The position numbers and the translations under genes were made by a program. From Escherichia coli (GTDB lineage Bacteria > Pseudomonadota > Gammaproteobacteria > Enterobacterales > Enterobacteriaceae), in assembly GCF_003334305.1 (NCBI RefSeq), contig NZ_QOWS01000025.1: a stretch of DNA of 64,000 bases; one strand, given 5' to 3'. A model generated the notes under the pieces. It saw nothing but the letters and a program-made list of their open reading frames with translations, ran no database searches and had not been told where the DNA came from. This document shows positions 1 to 8,486 of this stretch, one piece after another (the stretch's first letter is position 1; every line of letters starts with the position of its first letter).

Positions 1-38
1 GGGTAAACTGTAGGAAAATTAGAAATAGAGACAGATAA

Positions 39-590
39 ATGAAAAAGAAAACAACACTTAGCGAGGAGGACCAGGCTCTGTTTCGCCAGTTGATGGCGGG
101 GACTCGCAAGATTAAGCAGGACACGATTGTCCACCGACCGCAGCGTAAAAAAATCAGCGAAGTGCCGGTGAAACGCTTGATCCAGGAGCAGGCTGATGCC
201 AGCCATTATTTCTCCGATGAGTTTCAGCCGTTATTAAATACCGAAGGTCCGGTGAAATATGTTCGCCCGGATGTCAGCCATTTTGAGGCGAAGAAACTGC
301 GCCGCGGCGATTATTCACCGGAATTGTTTTTGGATTTACACGGTCTGACGCAGCTGCAGGCCAAGCAGGAACTGGGCGCGTTGATTGCCGCCTGTCGCCG
401 CGAACATGTGTTTTGTGCCTGCGTGATGCATGGGCACGGGAAGCATATTTTGAAGCAACAAACACCGCTGTGGCTGGCACAACATCCGCATGTGATGGCA
501 TTTCACCAGGCACCGAAAGAGTACGGCGGTGATGCGGCTTTGTTGGTGTTGATTGAAGTGGAAGAGTGGTTGCCGCCGGAGTTGCCCTGA
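39..590 (+). CDS. smrB: Smr-domain protein SmrB (YfcN)
   Basis: 183-aa ORF with C-terminal Smr-like region ([42 protein letters not shown]); lies immediately upstream of the yfc fimbrial cluster as in E. coli. Confidence 0.9.
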
Positions 591-662
591 GGAGTTGAGC
601 GTGTTGTGCCAGGAGCGCGGAATGGCAGGGGCGAATGACCCTGCCAGGTGAGAAAAGGTGCG

Positions 663-1532
663 CTAATACATATTCAGTATGTAAGTGAATCGGCAGGTAG
701 AATCTATGGGCTGTCGAGATGTCGTGTCCACGCGTAGCTTCATATCATGCAGTTGCCTGGACGTAATCGGTTGCGGCTCAGGCGTCACCGTCACTTTGGC
801 ATTATCACAGCCGGAAGTCGAGAAGGTCATCTGCTGTGCGATAAAACGGCAGTAGGCACCACGCTCATCAAAATTATTCCCGTTACACAGTTTGCCATTT
901 TCCATCAGGAAAGTGGGCAGTGTTTGCTCAATAACACCACCTGTTGACTGCAACCTGACGACTTTGTTATGTACAACATAATTTTCATTCCAGGAAACAT
1001 CATACGGTGCCAGGGGCACCGCCGGACATGAAGAACTCACCTTCGTTGGGCCAATATAGTCAGGAAAATCATCATCATACGTTTTAGCGAAGGGATCTCT
1101 ACTCTTAACAAACGACGACACAATCCACGGACAACCATGTAAATTCCCATCGTAATAAACAAACATCTTTAATTCATTACATGTCCATCCCGTTTTGGTC
1201 TGGCTATCATACTGCTCTAATCCAGGACAGGCTGACATGGATACCCTGCTGTCCGAAATTTTCGACATAGATGGTTGAGTAGAACTATCGCCAGTCCACG
1301 AAACTAAATCCGGCTGTGAATTGGGCATGAATGTAGCCTTAAATATAGCGTAATTAACTGAATCTGGCGTCGCTATAATCAGATGAAACTCAAACTCTGT
1401 CGCAGGTGAACTGGCACCAGCTGGCACATATAACTCACCAACTTTCGTCGCCGCCTGGCCGCATGTATTGAACATTAACAGCAATAAAAGACATAAAACA
1501 TGACGAAGGATTTTCATTTTAAATATACTCAA
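663..1532 (-). CDS. yfcO: Yfc fimbrial-like protein YfcO (last gene of operon, putative tip component)
   Basis: 289-aa ORF with N-terminal signal peptide (MKILRHVLCLLLLLMF); real start is probably the internal Met near 1517; last gene of the yfcV-to-yfcO operon. Confidence 0.8.
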   Translation of the reverse strand: MSIFKMKILRHVLCLLLLLMFNTCGQAATKVGELYVPAGASSPATEFEFHLIIATPDSVNYAIFKATFMPNSQPDLVSWTGDSSTQPSMSKISDSRVSMSACPGLEQYDSQTKTGWTCNELKMFVYYDGNLHGCPWIVSSFVKSRDPFAKTYDDDFPDYIGPTKVSSSCPAVPLAPYDVSWNENYVVHNKVVRLQSTGGVIEQTLPTFLMENGKLCNGNNFDERGAYCRFIAQQMTFSTSGCDNAKVTVTPEPQPITSRQLHDMKLRVDTTSRQPIDSTCRFTYILNMY

Positions 1533-2058
1533 AAGTTGCTGTCAGGCTGGCGGTGAAATCACCGATGGTTACATCACGACCGCTTTTCGCCTGGATCCAG
1601 GCCCGGAAATTAATATCATTGTTGCCGTTGGTAAGCGCAAAGGTCGCCCCGGTGGTGTTGTTAATATCCACCCGCTTGCCGTCGAGCGTTTCCATCCCTA
1701 TCCCCACGCCCTGCGCGGTGGAGGTGTCATCGACTGCCAGAAAACCCGGCTGACCGCTGTCTTCGGTGCCGCTCAGCGTGACTTTGACGTTGTATCCCGC
1801 CGGCCCTTTGCAGTCTTTCAGCTTAAACACAACCGGCAGATGCGCGGACTGCCCAGATACCATCAAATCCCGGTTGCTGACGGTGGGAAAATGGATTTCT
1901 GCCAGGTTGGCACCATCCACCACCAGCGTGCAGGATTTACTCAGCAGGTTGCCGTAAAAATGCAGGTTGTTGTCGACTGCCTGAGCTCCTGTGCTGGCGG
2001 TCAGCAGCAGGCCTGCTAACAGCGCATAACCGGGTGAATAAATGTGTGCTGTTTTCAT
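1519..2058 (-). CDS. yfcP: fimbrial-like minor subunit YfcP
   Basis: 179-aa ORF with signal peptide and pilin-like C-terminal beta-strand (TATFEYI); position in yfc operon. Confidence 0.85.
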   Translation of the reverse strand: MKTAHIYSPGYALLAGLLLTASTGAQAVDNNLHFYGNLLSKSCTLVVDGANLAEIHFPTVSNRDLMVSGQSAHLPVVFKLKDCKGPAGYNVKVTLSGTEDSGQPGFLAVDDTSTAQGVGIGMETLDGKRVDINNTTGATFALTNGNNDINFRAWIQAKSGRDVTIGDFTASLTATFEYI

Positions 2059-2543
2059 TGGTAATCCACCCGTAAGGTTGCGTAAGCAGAAAAGGTCGTG
2101 TCCGTCAGCACCGCATCAGCCGCTTTGACCGGTACCGCCTCCAGCTTTGGCTTCTGGCTAAAATCGGTGGCGTTAATGGAAAGCGGCTCGTTGAGCTTAA
2201 AACGCTGACCGTCATGCTGAAGCTCAATTCCGAAGCCCGGTACATCCGTCTCAATAGCAGAGTCGTTGTAGGAGGTGGCAGTCCCCGTCCAGGAGAGTGT
2301 CATATTCCACTCGGGATCGCGGACATCCGAGTCGCAGCTCAGTTCGTAGTCCACTTTCTGACGACCATAATTGCCATCAATGCTGTCGATAATGAGATCG
2401 CGAAATTGCACTTCGATGGTTTGCCCGCCGCTGATGCTACAGGCGGGCGGCGACATCAGCGTACCGTGGAATGTGATGTCATCTTCCGCCGCCAGCACAG
2501 CCCCGCAACCAGCGCACAGTAAAAGGAGCAGGAATTTTTTCAT
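2055..2543 (-). CDS. yfcQ: fimbrial-like minor subunit YfcQ
   Basis: 162-aa secreted pilin-like ORF; 4-nt overlaps with both neighbours suggest translational coupling. Confidence 0.85.
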   Translation of the reverse strand: MKKFLLLLLCAGCGAVLAAEDDITFHGTLMSPPACSISGGQTIEVQFRDLIIDSIDGNYGRQKVDYELSCDSDVRDPEWNMTLSWTGTATSYNDSAIETDVPGFGIELQHDGQRFKLNEPLSINATDFSQKPKLEAVPVKAADAVLTDTTFSAYATLRVDYQ

Positions 2544-3049
2544 TGGTAATCCACCACCATGGTCATCGTGGCGTTAAACTCCGACGGCGTCAGTTGCACC
2601 CCGCTCTGTTTTACCGGCACCGCTTTCAGCTGAGGCTGAGTGTTGACATTAAAAGGCGTCCAGTTATTTTCACCAACTGCAAACAGGGAGTTGTCGGCGG
2701 CGTTTTCTATCCGCACCCCCAGGCCGGCGATATCCGTGCTGAGAACCGTTTCTCCGTTGATCACGGCGGTATTGCCTTTGAGCTGCATCCGTAAGTCATC
2801 GCTGACTTTATTACCGCAGTTGAGGGTGTATTTCGCATCCTGTTGGTAATTGGTACCATCGATCCTGTTGATTATCACATTGCCAAATTTCACAGCGCTT
2901 CCCTTCACGGAGCAAGGCGGCGGTCCATCGACCAGGATTCGCAGCGTCAGATCCACCTGTTTGATATCACTGCCAGCAACAGCCAAACCGCTGATGCCCC
3001 ATCCGGCCAGCACCAGCAACCCTGCGCCCGCTACAAACTTGTGACTCAT
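2540..3049 (-). CDS. yfcR: fimbrial-like minor subunit YfcR
   Basis: 169-aa secreted pilin-like ORF with C-terminal motif TMTMVVDYQ resembling that of YfcQ (ATLRVDYQ). Confidence 0.85.
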   Translation of the reverse strand: MSHKFVAGAGLLVLAGWGISGLAVAGSDIKQVDLTLRILVDGPPPCSVKGSAVKFGNVIINRIDGTNYQQDAKYTLNCGNKVSDDLRMQLKGNTAVINGETVLSTDIAGLGVRIENAADNSLFAVGENNWTPFNVNTQPQLKAVPVKQSGVQLTPSEFNATMTMVVDYQ

Positions 3050-3064
3050 AAGTCCCTCCCGGCA

Positions 3065-3817
3065 TCAGCCTTTGCGGCTCTGCTCTTCATCCACCTGGCA
3101 GCTGTTGCCGGTGCATATGAAGTACAGCGGCATCCGCGCGCCGTAGTCGTTGATGTAAGTCAGCACCGGCACGCTGTCCATCTTCGCATTCAGCGGTGCG
3201 GAGGTTTTCGGCTCCATCATCAGCGGTGTGAATCCCGCCGGCGGGTTGCCGCCTTTTTTAGCGCTGGCGTTGCTGATGATCACGTAGTACGGCGTCGGGT
3301 TATTGACGGTGAAGTCCTGGCCGTTACGGATGAGCGTCACCTTATGCTGCCACGGACTTTTCATGCTGGTGTTCTCCAGCGCCTTCGGTCGCCAGAACAG
3401 TTTGATACGCGTCTGCAGCGCAATCTGCAGTGTGTTCGGTTTATTTGATTTCGGCGGAATTTCGCGCACGTTGAAATAGAACACGCTCTCGCGGTCGGCC
3501 GGCAGTTTGTTGATATCCGGCAGCCCCTGCACCTTCACCTGGCCGTTCATCATCGCATCGATGCGCTGCACTGGCGGAAGCACCGCAAGCGGCGAGCTGA
3601 TTTTGTTGCCCTTTGCATCCTCTATCCAGCTCTGCGCCAGATAAGGCAGTGTGGGATCGTTGTTGCGCAGCGTGACGCTGATGGACTTGTCGCTTTCGTT
3701 AAACACCAGCCGTGTCCTGTCGGGCGTCACCGAAGCGTGGCTGGAGAAACTGACCGCTGTCGCCAGCAGCGCCAGTGCCGGGACAACGATTTTTGCAGTG
3801 TTAGTCAGATTAAACAT
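3065..3817 (-). CDS. yfcS: periplasmic pilus chaperone (PapD-like) YfcS
   Basis: 250-aa ORF with signal peptide and chaperone-family sequence character; position between usher and minor subunits. Confidence 0.9.
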   Translation of the reverse strand: MFNLTNTAKIVVPALALLATAVSFSSHASVTPDRTRLVFNESDKSISVTLRNNDPTLPYLAQSWIEDAKGNKISSPLAVLPPVQRIDAMMNGQVKVQGLPDINKLPADRESVFYFNVREIPPKSNKPNTLQIALQTRIKLFWRPKALENTSMKSPWQHKVTLIRNGQDFTVNNPTPYYVIISNASAKKGGNPPAGFTPLMMEPKTSAPLNAKMDSVPVLTYINDYGARMPLYFICTGNSCQVDEEQSRKG

Positions 3818-3836
3818 GGATCATTCCTTAATCACG

Positions 3837-6479
3837 TTACTGGTTTACTGAAATTGAAGTCGGAGGTTCCGTTGGCGTCACCCGCTGTGTCTGTTCCTGA
3901 ATCGCCGGTTTGACCGCCGGCGAAGTGATAGGTGCTACATTGCCTTTATGCTGGCATGGCAGTAACAAGCCGTTAAACAGATCGGCAGGCAGCGGGTCCG
4001 GCAGGTTGATATCGCAATGCGCAACACCACTCCAGAACACACTCATGTGTTCGCCAGGTTTCACCCCAGCCAGATAAACATTGCCGTCATCATCGACAAG
4101 GCCCACTGTCTGCTCGTTATCATTTTTTACTTCTGCGCCAAACGGAGGATGGCTGCCGTCTTGTAAACGCAGCACCGCCATCGCTTTTTGACCACTGATG
4201 ACGGCAAATTTGCGGTAGCCAATCGCCCCTTCAGTTAGCGTGGCTTGTACCACCGACTGGGTTGCTTCGGCGTTTTCCGGCAGTTTGTTGAGGTCGATAT
4301 ACGCCTGATTGCGGTAATAGTTATTGACGTCAGAAACGACGGCTTTACCAAACATATTGGTATAAACAGCAGCACCGTTACCTTCTACCGGAACATCGGC
4401 AACGCCATCGGCATCAATCAACAAGCGTGTCCCGCCCATATTCTGGGTACGGTGAAGTGCGCCACCGTGGGCAGTAAGCGTTGCGCCGCCCTGTAACGAC
4501 AAGCCCGCAGAGGTGTATTGCCCTTCATGGTAGTTCGCACTGAGGTCAACCTGCGCCAGCGAACCATCATGGCTGTAATAGCCGTCAACGCTGGTGTGTT
4601 TGTCACTGGTGCCGACGTTCAACTGATAGTGAGTCGCGTCATCGACACGGCTGAAATAACCGACCTGACTGCTGTCCGTCCCACTGCCATAGTTACCGTT
4701 ATAGCTAACGGTACTGTTGTCGCCCCACGGCATACTGAGCGAAATGTACATGCCTTTGTCGGCCTGGTTGTCATACTCGTAACGGTAGCCAGTCATCGAG
4801 ATGCTGACATTACGAATACTGCCCATATTGAAATAGTGCGAGAGCATGATGTTGTAGTTTGTCTGCTCCTCGCGATCCCAGTAGGTATGGCGGGTATAGT
4901 TGAGATAAACCGAAACACCCGCATCGCGGAAGTTCTGGTTATAAGTGGCGGTGTACATCTCTTTGTCGTTGCCCGTGCGTACCATTCCGCTGTCACTGGC
5001 ATCCAGATACTCGCTCATGGTCATAAAGTTCTCTTCCGAGAAGCGATATCCAGCAAAAGTAACGCGGCTGTTGAGCTGGTCAAAGTCTTTGGAATAACTC
5101 ACACGGAAGGAGTTACCGTCCAGCGAACCTTTGCCATAAGCGGTGTCTTTATCCAGTTTGGTGTGCGAGTGAGTAACATCAAACGCGACCGCGCCGAATG
5201 TAGACAAATCGCGACCGACGCCAAGCGCCGCAGACTGATAGTTTTCATCTCCCAGTGCGCCGCCATATAACGACCAGCCGTTAGCGATCCCCCAGGAAGC
5301 TTCAGCACCAGAAAAAAATTCACCCTCGACATGGTGTCCCCACTCTTGCGGACGGCCCATCATGATCTTATAGCGAACCTGACCTGGGCGAGTGAGGTAT
5401 GGCATCGAGGCGGTGCTGATGTCATATTCCTGCACCTGGCCGTTCTGTTCTTCAATGCGAATATGCAACGTACCGGAGACAGAATCACCAAGATCCTGAA
5501 TACGAAACGGTCCAGCCGGAACCTGCGTTTCGTAAATCACACGCCCCATCTGGCTGACGGTCACTTTTGCTGTGGTGTGTGCCACGCCGGAAATGTCTGG
5601 CGCGTAGCCGCGCAGATTGGGAGGCAACATTTGATCGTCAGTACTGACACTGCCACCAACATAGTTAAAACCATCAAAAATATCGGATCTGAGGTAATCC
5701 TCGCCCAGCGCCAGTTTGGCTTTTAATGATGGTAACGCCCGCCAGGCATAGTAGCGACTCCACTCCCATTTTTTTTGAGTTTCATCGCCGCTGAATTCAT
5801 CGTCATCATTACTGCGAGTATGTTGATAGTTAGTCTGCCAGTCAGCACGCATACGCCACGGCCCCAGGTTAACCCCGACCGTCCCGTTGCCGCTGATCTC
5901 GTTACTATCATCACCGCCATTTTCTTCGTGCCGGGTTTGTGCGTTGATGCTGTAGTCCGCGACGATCCCGGAGATGCCGTCATCCCAACGTGAAGGCGGA
6001 TCCCAGTCGGGATAAGTATATTCGAGGTAAGCCTGTGGCAGTGAAATGACTAATGCGGACTGGCTTAAATCAGCCTTAATTTCCATGCCTTCCAGTTGAC
6101 CGGATTTCAGGCATTTAGCATCGTGGCTCCATTGCAGATTTTTCGCCACGTCTTCTTTTAAACCAAACTGCGCTACCAGTTCCGGTGTCAGACAAGCATA
6201 GCTTTTGCTCGCGTCATCTTCACCAGCATACCAGTAAATATCGTACTCTTCCGCCAATGGCTGTTTATTTAGTTGAACCTGTAAATTGTATTTTCCGGGC
6301 TCAACATATCCCTGGCTGGAAAAACGCTTCAGATCAATTTTTGTGTCGCCTTTTAATTCCAGAAAACGGGAATCAAACTGAATGTCGTCTTCAGCCCAGA
6401 CACTGCTATAACTCCCTGACATTGCCAGCGCAATGCACCACGGAAGAATCCGTAATCGAAAAAGAGAATGGTCAGGCAT
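3837..6479 (-). CDS. yfcU: outer-membrane fimbrial usher YfcU, full length
   Basis: Uninterrupted 880-aa ORF with signal peptide, typical usher size; in K-12 this gene is a disrupted pseudogene. Confidence 0.9.
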   Translation of the reverse strand: MPDHSLFRLRILPWCIALAMSGSYSSVWAEDDIQFDSRFLELKGDTKIDLKRFSSQGYVEPGKYNLQVQLNKQPLAEEYDIYWYAGEDDASKSYACLTPELVAQFGLKEDVAKNLQWSHDAKCLKSGQLEGMEIKADLSQSALVISLPQAYLEYTYPDWDPPSRWDDGISGIVADYSINAQTRHEENGGDDSNEISGNGTVGVNLGPWRMRADWQTNYQHTRSNDDDEFSGDETQKKWEWSRYYAWRALPSLKAKLALGEDYLRSDIFDGFNYVGGSVSTDDQMLPPNLRGYAPDISGVAHTTAKVTVSQMGRVIYETQVPAGPFRIQDLGDSVSGTLHIRIEEQNGQVQEYDISTASMPYLTRPGQVRYKIMMGRPQEWGHHVEGEFFSGAEASWGIANGWSLYGGALGDENYQSAALGVGRDLSTFGAVAFDVTHSHTKLDKDTAYGKGSLDGNSFRVSYSKDFDQLNSRVTFAGYRFSEENFMTMSEYLDASDSGMVRTGNDKEMYTATYNQNFRDAGVSVYLNYTRHTYWDREEQTNYNIMLSHYFNMGSIRNVSISMTGYRYEYDNQADKGMYISLSMPWGDNSTVSYNGNYGSGTDSSQVGYFSRVDDATHYQLNVGTSDKHTSVDGYYSHDGSLAQVDLSANYHEGQYTSAGLSLQGGATLTAHGGALHRTQNMGGTRLLIDADGVADVPVEGNGAAVYTNMFGKAVVSDVNNYYRNQAYIDLNKLPENAEATQSVVQATLTEGAIGYRKFAVISGQKAMAVLRLQDGSHPPFGAEVKNDNEQTVGLVDDDGNVYLAGVKPGEHMSVFWSGVAHCDINLPDPLPADLFNGLLLPCQHKGNVAPITSPAVKPAIQEQTQRVTPTEPPTSISVNQ

Positions 6480-6560
6480 ACACGTTTCTATCCGTTTTTA
6501 TTCTTGTTCGGTCAAAATCCATTTAAATCCCCCATAGCAGTGTCGCTATGGGGGTATGCC

Positions 6561-7124
6561 TTACAGGTAAGTAATCTGGAAGGTGGTATTTGCTTCGAAA
6601 TTACCCAGATCTGGCGCATCAGCTGCGCCGACCAGCCAGGCTTTAAAGTTCAGTGTCTGCTTCGCTTTGCCTTTATTGGTAGAAGTGTCTTTCACTATTT
6701 TCTGGTCAATACCCATGCCGCTTTTGTAAGAGGTACCCAGAGAGTCACCGATCGCTAGGCTAACATTGTTAAATGCCGCACCGGTATCGGTATTGAAAAT
6801 GGTGTAATAATTGCCGCTATTTGCAGAAGAAACGGTACCAGTAAAGGTAGTGGTCATTGTTTCCTGAGTATCAAATACGCAATCTTGCAGACGAATCTGG
6901 AAACTTTTCGGCGTGGTGGTGCCGTTATTTTTCAGTTTTTCGGCACCGATATCACCCATATCAACTTCCAGTTTGTGATCGTCCGGAACGATAGAACACA
7001 CTGAGTCTTCAATGGTGCCGTAAAAACGTGCAGTACCGTTGTTACCCGCAGCGATTGTTGCCGTAGAGGTGAAAACGCCCATCACCATTGCCGCAGCAAT
7101 AGCTGTTTTAACAAACTTACTCAT
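6561..7124 (-). CDS. yfcV: major fimbrial subunit YfcV
   Basis: 187-aa ORF with signal peptide and pilin-like C-terminus (TTFQITYL); first gene of operon, preceded by a long AT-rich control region. Confidence 0.85.
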   Translation of the reverse strand: MSKFVKTAIAAAMVMGVFTSTATIAAGNNGTARFYGTIEDSVCSIVPDDHKLEVDMGDIGAEKLKNNGTTTPKSFQIRLQDCVFDTQETMTTTFTGTVSSANSGNYYTIFNTDTGAAFNNVSLAIGDSLGTSYKSGMGIDQKIVKDTSTNKGKAKQTLNFKAWLVGAADAPDLGNFEANTTFQITYL

Positions 7125-7752
7125 TATTTGTCCTTAAACTATAAATAATTAAAAATATAAACATTACAATACATTGATTCAGTCAATACCCAATGTTTAT
7201 ACCCAGCCATTGAATACGGCATGCGATCCAAAAAGAACAGGTCGTAGAAAATTGTATTCTTTGGTGTGGGGCCGCATAGTGATGTTTTCACCCCCCTGAT
7301 GCAATTTAATTTTACTAAAGAGTAAATGTAGATTTAATTAATATATTGACAGAAGAAAGGTTATCTTAAGGACATCCTTAAAAAATACGGAATAAGTATT
7401 TAGAAAAAATAGAAAGTATATCAATAATGAATATCAACAGCTTAAAAAACAAACAATGAACATATAATGCGATTGGCATTTATCCACTTTTGACAATATA
7501 ATATATAAACACTATAGCCAGAATTTAATCAAGTTTCAATTACATCCTGCCTGATTATTCAACTCTATTATCTGTATTAATAAATGACAATGAGTGTCAA
7601 ACAGACATTATTCATTTCAACATGTAACTTTGGGCAAAATCAAGATACGCGCAGAAGAATAATTTCCGAATGAATGTAGAAAGTGTTTTATTTATAGATA
7701 AGGAGAGTCTTCGATAGTAGTGAGGTTGACAGATATCCGCTGCCTGATGAGC

Positions 7753-7789
7753 AATTATGCCCAATGAATCTACCTCATTGGGCATAATT
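7753..7789 (-). terminator. stem-loop downstream of sixA (15-bp perfect stem, weak U-tract)
   Basis: AATTATGCCCAATGA-atctacc-TCATTGGGCATAATT begins about 9 nt after the sixA stop codon. Confidence 0.45.
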
Positions 7790-7798
7790 TGGAACACA

Positions 7799-8284
7799 TC
7801 AGATAGCTTTTGCCATCTTCAGATTACACGGGCTCATCTGCCAGTTGAATGTACCGTTTCCGCTTTCATCAAGCGTTACGCTGGCAATGGCCGAGGTGGT
7901 AAACATAGGCGGCGTTTCGCCCGGACATAACTCGGCAACCAGATACCCGACTAACGGTAAGTGAGAGATCACCAGTACCGAAGCAACACCTTCATTGGTC
8001 AACGCCTGCAAATAGGCACTGACCAGACCAACATCGCCGCAGGGCGTTAACTCCGGCAGAACTTCTGCACTGGAAGGCAGGTTCAGACAATCCCCCACTT
8101 CTTCCAGTGTTTGCTCGGCTCGCAGGAACGGGCTCACCAGAACGCGTTCGATTTCCACTTTTTGACCTTTCAGCCAGTTCGCCATCAGGCGAGATTCGTC
8201 ACAACCATTAGTGGTCAGAGGACGAACGGAATCACTGGCGGCATCGAGGGCTGCGTCGCCGTGACGCATGATAAAAACTTGCAT
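7799..8284 (-). CDS. sixA: phosphohistidine phosphatase SixA
   Basis: 161-aa ORF beginning MQVFIMRHGDA (histidine phosphatase RHG motif); conserved position downstream of fadJ. Confidence 0.95.
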   Translation of the reverse strand: MQVFIMRHGDAALDAASDSVRPLTTNGCDESRLMANWLKGQKVEIERVLVSPFLRAEQTLEEVGDCLNLPSSAEVLPELTPCGDVGLVSAYLQALTNEGVASVLVISHLPLVGYLVAELCPGETPPMFTTSAIASVTLDESGNGTFNWQMSPCNLKMAKAI

Positions 8285-8486
8285 ATTGCACCGCTTTTGT
8301 TAACCAGATTCGCCCGTTTTCTTTCATCTGAAACCAGAGAAAGAAAACGGTGGCCGGCATTGTGCCTTATCCATTCACCGAATGAAACGCTGTTTTTTAC
8401 CTCAATGGCGTAAGTATAGTCAATATGCGTTTACATTTTGACCAACACTCCGCCATTCAGCGCGGATTCATATAGCTTTGACCTTC

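Noticed and set aside
623-645. Hairpin GGCAGGG-gcgaatga-CCCTGCC between smrB and yfcO as a bidirectional terminator
   Set aside because: Stem is present but neither strand has a following U-tract; left uncalled.
4518-5270. 250-aa plus-strand ORF inside the usher gene
   Set aside because: Lies entirely antisense within the well-supported 880-aa usher ORF; composition is typical of a shadow ORF.
7612-7797. 61-aa ORF in the AT-rich yfcV upstream region
   Set aside because: Falls in regulatory AT-rich DNA and overlaps the sixA downstream hairpin; its codon composition follows the AT-rich background and I see no convincing RBS.
7125-7798. fim-like invertible phase-variation switch upstream of yfcV
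   Set aside because: I looked for a pair of inverted repeats flanking the promoter region and found only a single internal palindrome, so no switch is called.
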